20,000 nucleotides of DNA from Saprolegnia diclina VS20 (Eukaryota). Position numbers and translations under genes: made by a program. Shown here in pieces: positions 1 through 10,263 of this stretch. The first letter of the stretch is position 1, and every line of letters begins with the position of its first letter. The stretch is from contig NW_008246074.1 of NCBI RefSeq assembly GCF_000281045.1, positions 1,074,454-1,094,453 of the forward strand, given 5' to 3'. The notes beneath the pieces were generated by a model that was not told the DNA's origin, did not search any database, and saw only the letters and a list, made by a program, of their open reading frames with translations.

Positions 1-392
1 AGTGCAGCGGCCAAGCCACGTGGAAGCTCCTCGTGTCGATTGCCGGTGGCGTGGCAGCGCTGGTACGCTCGAATCCTGTTCATGCACCGTCTCTCATTTG
101 TCTTGTGTAGTTTTCCATTGTGATTTCGGTGCGGCAGTTCATGCTCTTCCGGAAGCGCAAGGAAGAGGAGCGGTTGCTGGCCACCCAGCAGGAGCGCGCA
201 AGCAAGGATGAAGTCGAGGTCATGGCCATCTCGTCCGGCCCCGACTACTACGACGCCAAGCGCACGCCCAATAACGGCCAGGGACAAAACCAGCGCCCCG
301 CAGCGACCAAGTCGCCGGTGCCCATGAAGCCGTACCCTGTGGACAGCCACCACAACATGTCGCCCCGGCAAAGCCGCGAGTACACGCTCTAG
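1..392 (+). CDS. 3' end (partial) of a membrane protein; exons <1-62 and 111-392
   Basis: Removing a 48-nt GT-AG intron (63-110, GTACGC...TTGTGTAG) gives CSGQATWKLLVSIAGGVAAL|FSIVISVRQFMLFRKRKEEER. This is a hydrophobic helix followed by a basic stop-transfer patch and a low-complexity tail ending at TAG 390-392. Confidence 0.75.
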
Positions 393-639
393 TTGCATTA
401 GTTAAATACCTACAAATTCCATGTTCCGCCTGTCGTTCTTGTACGAGCATGGTCGTCGCCTCCAACGCTCCCAGCGACAGAGCCCAGTTGTTGCATATAC
501 CTGCACTGTAGATATCATGGACGCTCGAGGCTGCCATTGTAGCAGCGCTGCTCACGCTCGCATTGAGATTACTGCCGATCCCTGCCTCTGACGACCGTCG
601 CGTCGCCACTCGAAGCGACCACAAGTCGCAAATCAGATC

Positions 640-1124
640 TTATTGCACCTCTATATCAAAAAGACAACGCAGAGCCATGACCAAGGAGGTCTCTTGGCGA
701 TGACCGACGATGGCCTGGCGACGGCAGCGGTCGAATAGCGCTGCAGCATCGAGACAGATGGGGTCGCTGTTGCAGCAGTGGTTCGAGTGCGAGTCGAAAC
801 TGGCGACTGGGAGGCTCGGGACGTAGCCGGCTGCGAGCGGCCCCTGGCTGACGTAGGTGCAGCGCTTCGTCCCCGCGAGGAGATTGCGCGCGGCCTCGTA
901 CGGCTCGGTGGCGGCGTCGACGTCTTGCATGCTAGAGCTGGAGCTGGAGCTGGCGAGGACGACTGTGGCGAGCCGCTTTGCCAGCGAACCGGATCCGGAT
1001 TCGGTGGATCGTCAGGACAGTCGGCGCGGATTGGCTGAAATGACAGAGTGTTGGTCGTTTCCCGCGAGCTCTCCTGCTCGACAGACAGCCAAGCAGGAGA
1101 CTGCGCTTTGCGGCGCTTGATTCA
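640..1124 (-). pseudogene. Possible degraded or low-complexity coding remnant
   Basis: One minus-strand frame has gene-like C/G-ending codons (…LAKRLATVVLASSSSSSSMQDVDAATEPYEAARNLL…) but is broken by TGA at 1012-1014 and TAA at 640-642. A second frame is open and Ser/Pro/Arg-rich with no early ATG. No domain was recognised. Confidence 0.2.
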
Positions 1125-1834
1125 TCGTCCTCGCCGACGATGTTGTTGTGGCAGCCGGTATTCTTCGTCTGATGACGTCGCTTGCTCCAAGCCATCATGA
1201 CCCGAGCTTGCTTCTGGTGCTCGTTCTGGAGCAAGTGCATCTCAGGATGGTTTCCATCTCAAGGCCCCCACCGCGACGAGTTGTCGTCTCTCGTCGTCTC
1301 CCTACCAGTATAGTAGAAGTACCGCTAGTAGACATAATGATGCTACTCGTATCGGTACGGTACACTTCCCGGTACAGCTCGCATTGCTCATCATCGTTGA
1401 ATGCGGCATTCTAGTGGCGGCACATGCCGAAGATAACTGCGGAGTCGAACGGGATAAAAACACGCAACCCTTCGACACCCAAGGAAGCCTCCGCGCATTG
1501 ACACGCATCGCCGCTTCTATGCACACTTATCAACGCTGTCTGAGCTTATCTTGGCACACGTCACCAACAAGGGATCTTACATTGGCTCTGCCAACCCGCG
1601 TGCTCGACTCGCAGCCTGTAGATCCGAATGGGGACTTCAACAAAATGCAATCGTCGCCAGATACAGGTGCGAGCTTCGGGGCTGTGCGTGCCTCTGCTAC
1701 AGCGTGAAGGCTCCAGCAATTGTCCACCGTGGTTTGCGTGCGGTGGGCTTGGGCCAGAGGTCGCTCGCAATACAGCCTGTGGTGCGTTCGGTAGCCTGTA
1801 GAAGTATGTATGGTGTTTTTAGATGCACAGCTAT

Positions 1835-2848
1835 CTATGCCGTCTTGGCCTTCTTGGCATCCGTGTCCTTCTTGACGTACGAGGCGAGGCCGAGCTTGTA
1901 GAACGCATCGGACCACGAGCTCTTGCCCGTCATGTACTTGATGTGCTGCGCTTCGCGGAACTGGACGTCGGTGCCAAAGACCCAGTCCCAGATCGTGAAG
2001 AAGGACGCGTAGTTGCAGTCGAATTTTTCGTGGTGGTAGTCGTGGTGCACCGGGCCGCCCCAGAACGGCAGCCACGACGTGAGAGCGAACGGAAGGTCGT
2101 AGCCCGAGTGGCTATCGATCGACTGCATGATGCGCACAACCATCCACACCCAGAGCGTGAGGAGGTGGCGTGTCAACAGCAGCGGACCAAGGAACGTGCC
2201 GAGGCCAAGGATTAGCGTCTCGGCCGGGTGCGCGTACTCGGCCGTGATGCCGAACGGCGCCGCATACTCGTGGTGGAGCTTGTGGATGTACTTGTAGATC
2301 TTCTTCCAGTGCAAGAAGCGGTGGGCCCAGTAGTTGTAAAAGTCTTCGAGGACTGCCGAGACCATGACCTTCCAGAAGATCGTCCACGCGGTCGGGAGCG
2401 GCGCCTCCATGCCAAAACCGAGCATCGTCAAGCTGCTGTGGCTCGAGATCATCATCGGCAGCTGCACAATGACGTGGTTGAACGCAAGGAGCTTGAGGCA
2501 CTTGGCCGTCATGGCCCACGTGTTGGGCTTGTCCTGGATCTTGTACTTTTGAACCCACGGGACGTAGTCGAGCAAAAGGTACGGGATCCAGCCGCCAAAG
2601 TAGACAATCTCGTGGAGCACGAACGTCAAGCCGGCGTTGATCGTAAACTCGTCGTAGTTGTCGAGCATGTACTGCCAGTACGGCAAGAGAAAGTTGAGCG
2701 AGTTGAGCTCGTCGAGCGTCTCGAGGAGCGTCATGGGCACGGCGCCGGTCGCCGTCGCGTTGACAGCCGACGAGCCGTAGACAGCAGCGACGCAGAAGGC
2801 CGAGAGGGCAGCGGCGCCGCCTGCCACGTTCAGCGCACAGCGGACCAT
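1835..2848 (-). CDS. ERG25: Sterol C4-methyl oxidase-like (fatty acid hydroxylase/sterol desaturase superfamily), copy A, intronless, about 337 aa
   Basis: Three His boxes (HRFLH, HKLHH, HDYHH) plus the SMO-typical motifs LEDFYNYW, APFGITAEYAHPAE, HSGYDLP and NYASFFTIWDWVFGTD. It has several hydrophobic segments and a C-terminal KxKxx ER-retrieval signal (KAKTA). ATG 2848 is preferred because an INR-like element lies just upstream. Confidence 0.92.
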   Translation of the reverse strand: MVRCALNVAGGAAALSAFCVAAVYGSSAVNATATGAVPMTLLETLDELNSLNFLLPYWQYMLDNYDEFTINAGLTFVLHEIVYFGGWIPYLLLDYVPWVQKYKIQDKPNTWAMTAKCLKLLAFNHVIVQLPMMISSHSSLTMLGFGMEAPLPTAWTIFWKVMVSAVLEDFYNYWAHRFLHWKKIYKYIHKLHHEYAAPFGITAEYAHPAETLILGLGTFLGPLLLTRHLLTLWVWMVVRIMQSIDSHSGYDLPFALTSWLPFWGGPVHHDYHHEKFDCNYASFFTIWDWVFGTDVQFREAQHIKYMTGKSSWSDAFYKLGLASYVKKDTDAKKAKTA

Positions 2849-2852
2849 CGTA

Positions 2853-2868
2853 GCAAGTTGCAAACTGA
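2853..2868 (-). promoter_or_regulatory. INR+FPR-like core promoter of SMO copy A
   Basis: The minus strand reads TCAGTTTGCAACTTGC immediately upstream of ATG 2848, an imperfect match to the oomycete TCATTYYNCAWTTT element. Confidence 0.4.
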
Positions 2869-3563
2869 CTGGGTAGACACCGAAGCATGACACGGCCGCT
2901 AATCCACTTGATTACATCGCACCGTATCCGGATCGCCGGATACACGCCTGACGTCACCCCGGGGCACACCGCCTGTCTATGCGCACCTTTAACGGCGCGC
3001 GACGCCTCTTTTCCGCGTCTCCTGCGGGCTCACCATGGAGCAGCTTCCCATGCGCGAACCATGTGCATGCACCAGTCGTAGGCTTACTGCGCTGGCGGTC
3101 CGATGCCTCTCGTGTGGGCGCCAGCCAACAGCAAACTGGGAACTCACTGCGCATCTTATCCGCGACGGGTCGCTGCAAAGCAAGGCGGACGTAATCCCAG
3201 GATACACGCCAGCAATAATCACAGCGTTTACCTGTTGATGCAATGTACTTGGCTGTCGTGGCACGGATTTCGAAGCTCGACGATCGACGGGCGCCCTTCG
3301 AACAGGCGATGGTGCATAGCCGCGGTGCGGCTTTGTCGGCGACGTCTATGCAGCGCCTTGCGCTTGACCGCAACAGCACACGCGCATGGTCCTTCGTCGT
3401 TTCCTGTCCATGCGACGACAAACGCGTCCTGCCCTTACGCCCACCAAACAAGAAAATGCCCCGGGGCACGCTACCTGCGACACTTGGTATACGCCACGGA
3501 GAGGTCCCTGGTAATCGCGCGTGATTACCTTTGCGAGGGCCAGTGAAGACAGCCGAGGATGCT

Positions 3564-3577
3564 TCATTCCGCATTTT
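3564..3577 (+). promoter_or_regulatory. Oomycete INR+FPR core promoter of SMO copy B
   Basis: TCATTCCGCATTTT matches the oomycete consensus TCATTYYNCAWTTT exactly, 12 nt upstream of ATG 3589. This argues against the upstream ATG at 3559. Confidence 0.7.
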
Positions 3578-3588
3578 CGAAGACGAGC

Positions 3589-4622
3589 ATGGAAGCGTGG
3601 AACGCGACGTTGCTCGAGCATGGCATCAACGTGGCGTCGCTCGAGGCGACGTTCCATGAGCTCAACTCGCTTGCGTTTCTCGCGCCGTACTGGCAGGCGA
3701 TGCTCGACAACTACTCGGAGTTTGTGATCGTCTCGGTGTTTACCTTTATCTTGCACGAAGCGCTCTACTTTGGTCTTTGGCTGCCGTATCTCGCGCTCGA
3801 CTACATTCCGTACTTTGCCAAGTACAAGATCCAGCCGACCAAGCCCAACAACTGGGTCGACACGTCGCGCTGCCTCAAGGGCCTTCTCTTCAACCACGTC
3901 GTTGTGCAGCTGCCGATGATCCTCTGCAGCGACTTTGGTCTGCGTCTCCTCGGCTTCTCGGCCGCCATGCCGCTCCCGAAAGCGTACGTGGATGCTGCGC
4001 ATGCTCGGTAGGATGCTCATGTGCATGTAGGACGACGATTGCGTGGCAGTGCCTCGTGAGCTTCATCCTCGAAGACTTCTACTTTTACTGGATCCACCGC
4101 TTCTTGCACTGGAAGAAGATCTACAAGTATGTCCACAAAGGTATGGACAAGTCATTGTGTGCACATGCGATGACTCATGGGATATGCCTAGTCCACCACG
4201 AGTACGCGGCGCCGTTTGGCATTGCGGCCGAGTACGCGCACCCGATCGAGACCATGTTCCTCGGCATTGGCACATTCCTCGGGCCGCTGCTGCTGACGCG
4301 CCACCTCCTCACGCTCTGGGTCTGGCTCGCCGTGCGCTTGTACGAGACGGTCGACGACCACTCGGGCTACGAGCTGCCGTTTGCGCTCTCGGCGTACATT
4401 CCGTTCTGGGGCGGCCCCGTGCACCACGACTTTCACCACGAAAAGTTTGACGGCAACTACTCGTCCGTCTTTACGATCTGGGACTACGTCTTTGGGACCG
4501 ACAAGGCCTTCCGCGCGTCGCAGCGCGAGAAGCGCGAGAAGGGCTCGAGCCAGTGGTCCGACTTCTTCGACAAGGTGTTTGGCCGCAGTACTACGTCGAC
4601 AACCAAGGCCAAGGTCGCATAA
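3589..4622 (+). CDS. ERG25: Sterol C4-methyl oxidase-like, copy B; exons 3589-3983, 4031-4140, 4192-4622 (about 311 aa)
   Basis: Splicing introns 3984-4030 (47 nt) and 4141-4191 (51 nt) gives a protein colinear with copy A. It has HRFLH, HKVHH and HDFHH boxes, APFGIAAEYAHPIE, and C-terminal KAKVA (KxKxx). Confidence 0.92.
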
Positions 4623-6313
4623 GATTTTATCCGAAGCAGTAACCCACAACTTCTTGACTATCAAATTATCTCGTGTGCAGAGGCATCGTCCGCATGTATG
4701 TACGTGAACCAAGCTCGACGGCACTGCAGGTCGCTCGGACGCGAGCTCAAGCAAATGCAACGCTCCAGCGTTGAGTCCTTCTCGACACTAGTAGGTTGAC
4801 AAAGGTGAAAGATTAGAGGTTGAATAGTACGGCTAATGGAATGCGGTCCTCCACCACCGCAACGAGGACACATCTTTGTGCTTTACTCCGACATACAATT
4901 GTAGCAAGCAAGCAAACTTCATGATCCAACGAGAGGCACGACACTAGGAGGCGGCTAGTCCTCAATAAGCCAAACGTGTTGGATACAAAGTGGATGCTGA
5001 AGTGAGCCTCCAGGACTTGGTCTACTGACAACGGGCAGGGAGTGGCTGCAGTTCACGTCCCAACAAATGCCCATACTACAATATGCTGAACGTTCCGCCG
5101 TGGTTGGCAATGGAACATTCGGCATGAAGATCCTTCCAGGATCTTCAGCAGACAGGATCTATCTTTAGGCTTAGGATACAGCCGCCAAGGTTCCCAGAAC
5201 CTGAGCTATGCGGGTGGGTTGTCATGCAGTCGTTTAACTAGCACGGTATCCCAGATATACCACAATCTTCCTCGTTTTGCGCCACAAATGCCATTTCGCC
5301 AACGGCCCCAGAGTACTGGACGACGGAGCCAATACTTGTATGGTACTCCAGGGCTATTGTTGGTTAGAGTCCTTCGGGACTGGCAATTTGGTCGAAACCA
5401 GCACGAGCGGTCGTCGAGCGTTTGAAACCGTCACTTGATACTAACGCAAGCCATGCTTGATACTCAACACCACCAAGCACAAGAAAATAAGTTATTTCCT
5501 CGAGCGTCTGCACGGGACGCACTGCTGAAGGTATGCGCCGGCCGCCTCTGCGTCAAGGTCGAAGCGACGCTTGGTGGCTTCAAGGGCATCGCGACCACCC
5601 TCGTGATCAAAACTGCGTGATTTCCATGCTGCCAGTTCCCTCGTCGTTCATCGTACAAGGTCAGCCGGACGCGACCTTTATGTGTCGGCGACACGCGCCT
5701 CTTCCGCAGCAAGATCGTTTGACAAGGGAGTATTGCTGGACTCGGCTGCGTCATCGACAGCTCCAAGCAGCGAGAGCATGCGACCAGTAGATAATGCTGC
5801 CCAACGTTTTGTTAGCTTGGAGTGCTTCTCCGTTGGATACAATGGAGAGGTGGACTCGCTGGTCGTTTGGCGCCATAGACGCAGCAATGAGTCCTGTAAA
5901 CGCTGTCGTTGATGATGGACAGAGGCGGCGGTGGCCAGTGTACCGCGGGAGGGAAGCGGCCGGTGCAACAGTTGTCAGTAGCCAGCGCAGCAAGCCAGCA
6001 CATGTCTGTCGTGCGTGGCTGCATTGCTTTGCCGACAGCGATGCAGACGCCCATGTCCTATTATAGACATGGCCGACGACGCCCACGCCACAACTTGCCG
6101 GCGCCACAACCGGTCGCGGTCGCCATCACAGCCATCACGTGGCGGTGATCAGTTCATGACGCTTGTCAGCGATACATGTGGCATGCCCATGTGTGACTGC
6201 CGCCGCGATGCTTCGGGTTCGCCGGCCTCCAATATCCTGTCGAGCGGTGGAGAGAAGCCAGACACGATGACAACGACTACAACTAGGATTTAGATTACAT
6301 AACTCGTGAGCGT

Positions 6314-6823
6314 TTACGTGCGCGCGAGCGTCGCAAGGATCTGCGCGTGCTCGCTCACGTCGAGCTGCTGCCGGTACACTTCGTCGCAGCTCGGCGCATC
6401 GTGTGTCGTACGCGGTCGGGCAGTTGTCCGTGGCGTCGGCGTCGGCGACTTGCGCTTCCGGCGACCGGTCGTCGGCTTGCCAACGTCGACGGTCAACGTC
6501 GCGTGTTCGTGTTCTGTGCAGAACGGCAGGCCGGGGGCTGCGGTGATCGCGCAGCCCGGCACAAAGCACTGCCACCGGCCATTGCACACCGCGGGAAGGT
6601 GCGTGATGGGCATGCTGCCTTGCGGTGTCGAGGGCTTGGGCGACGCGAGTGGCGGTGGCGACGCAATCCGCAAGGGCGCGAGCGACGGCGTCAGAAGCGG
6701 CGTCGGCGCCACCGACGCGGGCGTCACGGCCTCCTTGATGTGAATGAGGCAGTAGCCGTCCATCTTGCCGTACGAGCGGCAGCCGCCAAAGCGGCACAGG
6801 CGTGGCGTCGTCGACATGCTCAT
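6314..6823 (-). CDS. Small protein with two C3H (WRKY19-like) zinc-finger motifs and a basic NLS-like patch, about 169 aa
   Basis: CRFGGCRSYGKMDGYCLIH and CFVPGCAITAAPGLPFCTEH are separated by a Pro-rich linker, followed by GRRKRK. Codon usage is gene-like from ATG 6823. Confidence 0.7.
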   Translation of the reverse strand: MSMSTTPRLCRFGGCRSYGKMDGYCLIHIKEAVTPASVAPTPLLTPSLAPLRIASPPPLASPKPSTPQGSMPITHLPAVCNGRWQCFVPGCAITAAPGLPFCTEHEHATLTVDVGKPTTGRRKRKSPTPTPRTTARPRTTHDAPSCDEVYRQQLDVSEHAQILATLART

Positions 6824-7464
6824 GTGTGCAGGCAAGGTCTCGGGAGGCAGAACGGAAGTGAGATCCACCTGCGGAACATGCTGGTGCCATCTGGCACAGT
6901 GCGAAGACTGCAAAAGAGTGGTGAGGAGCCAACGGATACAAAGACCAAGGTTGCCGCCCAGACGCGCGGGGACGGAGGAAGACAAGCTCGTGCATGCGGT
7001 GTCTCACCACTTGGTTCCACCCATCTGAAGACAGCAGCGGCGCACCCACATGTCTGCTGGCCCAGATGCATATTTTTAAGCCGATGTTTTATTTTGCATA
7101 CATTATCCTCGTCATCGATGCATTTAAGTACGCTTTAGAGCCCAGAAAGAGGTGGTCCAAACGAACCATATGGCTGACCTTTCTAGAGACAACTCCCTTG
7201 AAGCAAGCGCCATGCTGCTGCAAGTCAAGATTCGAAGCAAGTCGATTGTATATGTGGACCTTGCCGCGCGCGCCAAAAGACGTTGCAAGAAGGGAGTGAC
7301 CCAGAAGCAAGAATATCAACGTCAACCTAACCAGATGCGACGACATATCCCAGGTCCACACGCCGCGCGCTGGCCTCCACGTGTGTATCGCTGTCTCCTC
7401 AGCTCTACCGCCGTCGCCAGGATCTCGGTGCTTCCTGGACCGTTGCGACTTGAACGTTTCAGCG

Positions 7465-7496
7465 TCACTTTGCACTTTGCACTTTGCACATTGCAG
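7465..7496 (+). promoter_or_regulatory. Tandem CACTTTG x3 forming an INR+FPR-like element before the NHL gene
   Basis: TCACTTTGCACTTTGCACTTTGCACATTGCAG lies directly before ATG 7497. It could alternatively be a splice acceptor. Confidence 0.4.
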
Positions 7497-10149
7497 ATGG
7501 CAGCCAACCCGATCGCTGAGCGGCGGCGCCTGCGTGTACCCCCACGCTCGTCGTCGCGGCTGCTCATACTGCGCTACTAGCAATTGGAGAAGCTTCGGCT
7601 CGAGCGCGAGGCCGCCGAGGCGCTGGAAAAGGCGCGGCTCCAGGAAGAGCGCGACCGCGCCGCGATCGAAGCAGGTGCCCATCTCTATGAGATGTGAGGC
7701 CCACTGTCGCACGCAACTTGGCGCGTTGTAGAAAAGCTCGCGCAGGAGGCCAAAGTCGAAGCAGAGAAGGCGCGGCGTCGGGCCGCGCGCGAAGCCGAGG
7801 CGGCCCGTGTGGCCGGCATCATCCAAGGCGAGCGCCATCGCATTGCTATGATCCAAGCGCAGTACGAGCTCCTCGGCGCCTACTGTACGCGCGAGATCCC
7901 GCTACTGGCGACGCCGGTCGCGGTCGTGATCGTCCCGCCCGACGAATACGCCCGCGGGTGGCAGCTCTACGTGAACAAACACGCGGTGCTGGACACGGCG
8001 AGCGACTTGCATCTGTATGCGCAGACAACCCCGCTCACGTCGCAGCGGCTCCGCGCCCGCGCCCCCTCCGCCCTCGTACGTGCGTCAGCGCGCCCACCGA
8101 CTGTCTCATGAGGTCCCACTCTGCAGGCGATCTCCCGCGGTGGTCTCCTCTGCGGTAAGCAGACACGCGTGGGGCGTGCGTTCCTACATTAACATAGTCG
8201 CCGACGACGCGCTCGACTGCATTCACATGTACGCCTTTGCGACCATGTTTCCCGCCAGCGGCGGCTTCCAATCGCCCGACCTCCTCCACGTCGTGACGAG
8301 CGCCGACTTGCGCCATCCGCGGGGCCTCGCCATGGACTTTCTAGCCAACGAACTCTATGTGTGTGACAGTGCCCACCACCGCGTCCAAGTTCTTAGCGTT
8401 GAGACCAAGGGCTTGGTGCTACAGACGCCAACGGCGCGCGCGCTCACGGGCGGCCTCTCGTTTCCGTGCGGCGTCGACATCTCGCACTATCACGTTGTCG
8501 TCGCTGACACGGGCCACGGACGACTGGCAATCTTTACCAAACGTGGTCTCTTTGTGGCCCATCTTGGGTCGAAAGGGCGTGCCCCGGGGCAGTTCTGGGA
8601 CCCCCGGGACGTCAAGTTGGCCAACGTGCGCAAGGTAGTGTCTAGTGTTGCGCATGCACGACTGAGAACTGAGAGGCTGTGCGGTAGAACGCGGTGAACC
8701 GGGGCACCCTGCCGACGACCAAAGGGCTCAACGAACATTTTGAGATCGTCGTCGCTGACACTGGCAATTACCGGATCCAAGTCCTTCGTGACGATGGCAG
8801 TGTTGTGTACATTTTTTCGCAGCACGCCGACGCGACGAGCCTCGAACGCCACGTTGGAACCTTCAAGCAGCTCACAACAGCACTGCTCCGATGCCTCGAC
8901 CATGTCGGGTTGCATCACATGGCGACCGCCGTAGCCGCGGGCGGACCCTTCGCAGCGAGGCGCCGGCTGCCCGAGTACTTGCACCCGTCTTCCATCACTT
9001 TTGCGACGGTCTCGAGCCTCTTGCAGCAACTCGCAGACGAGAAGCGCGACTTGCGGTGCCCAACAGCGCTCGACTTGGCGCGCAACCACCAGAACGCGAT
9101 CACTTTTGTCGACCGCGACAACGCCCGCGTGTGCAGCTACCACTACGCCGGACCAAAGTTTGAGTGGGCCGCACTGCCTCGGCACGCCAATGTACTGAAG
9201 CACGTGGCCGGCGCCGTCATCGATGGGACCACTGCCTACGTGGTGGACTCACTCATGCACCGGGTTGCGATCTACGAACACGTGGCGGTGACCCCCGCCA
9301 AGTGGGAGTGGACCCCGACCGGGTTTCTCGGGGCAGCGACGTATGGCAACAAAATCGAGTGTGCACCGGGGTGCCACCTCGGCGAGCTGCAGTCGCCGAC
9401 GGCAGTTGCCCTCTACGCGCCGAACGCCGCGACGCGCTGGGTGCTCGTGAGCGACAGTGGCAACCACCGCATCCAGGTCTTTGACGCGGTGACGCGCCGC
9501 GCACTGCACGTCCTTGGCTCCTTTGGCCACCGCGCGAATGGGCTCGACGCGCCGCTGGGTCTCAGCATCTTTGAGGGAGACGTCTACTGCGCCGACCAGC
9601 GCAACCACCGCGTCGCCGTCTTCAACATTGCCTCGACGACGCCGCTCGGGACCTATGGCACGTTTGGCAGCCGACCGGGTGAGTTTGCCCTTCCCACGTA
9701 CACCTGCAACTCGAGACGTCACCACCTGACGACATTCATGTAGGGACGTGGCCGTCGTCCCGGCCCTGCCGCAGTATGATGGCATCGACCTCGGGCCGCA
9801 CCGCGACGCCAAGATGGTGGTCAGCGACACGGGCAACTACCGGGTGCAGGTGCTTTCGCTCGTTGGCACACCGCTCTTTGTCTTTGAGCACATGGCCCAA
9901 GGCGTGCGCATGGTGCCCATGGGTCTCTACGTCGATGCTGCTACAGGCCATATTCTCGTGTGCGATGTCTCGGCCCACGCCGGTGTCCTCCTCTTCACGC
10001 CCGATGGCCGCCTCTTCCATAGCTTTGGAGGCACGCTACCCGGGGCCGACCGGCTCCAGCGGCCCGTCACCGTCGTGCGGGCGGGCGAAGGCTTTGTCGT
10101 CGCCGACGCTAGCCGCCTCGATCTTTGCAGCTTTGCCACCACACGGTGA
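7497..10149 (+). CDS. N-terminal coiled-coil plus NHL-repeat beta-propeller protein; exons 7497-7535, 7581-7674, 7732-8075, 8127-8154, 8198-8634, 8688-9697, 9744-10149 (about 785 aa)
   Basis: Six GT-AG introns of 43-57 nt join the ORF pieces in frame. It has an E/A/R/K-rich helix (QLEKLRLEREAAEALEKARLQEERDR…) and many NHL blades: LRHPRGLA…LYVCDSAHHRVQV, VVADTGHGRLAIF, IVVADTGNYRIQV, VLVSDSGNHRIQVFD, VYCADQRNHRVAVF, MVVSDTGNYRVQV. Confidence 0.88.
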
Positions 10150-10263
10150 TGACACTATTTAACGTGCGTATCTTGCGCCCCTTCTTCAACGTGGCACACG
10201 TGGATGGATAAGAAGTCATCTGATACGAGGACGAAACTATTATGTGAGGGAAATATTAGTGTA

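Noticed and set aside
935..953. GAGCTG x3 microsatellite
   Set aside because: It is a short simple repeat with no spacers and is not informative.
1823..2969. Long overlapping and antisense ORFs over SMO copy A (2228-2890 +, 2112-2969 -, 1823-2215 +)
   Set aside because: These are shadow ORFs expected from GC-rich codon bias. They have no motifs, and the real frame is clearly identified.
3559..3588. Upstream in-frame ATG for SMO copy B
   Set aside because: It lies upstream of the INR+FPR element, so it is probably not in the transcript.
6135..7138. 304-aa and 263-aa ORFs overlapping the small zinc-finger gene
   Set aside because: They are Arg/Ala-rich alternative-frame translations; only the 6314-6823 frame carries a recognisable motif.
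7089..7856. 255-aa minus-strand ORF
   Set aside because: It is antisense to the coiled-coil exons of the NHL gene and has no independent support.
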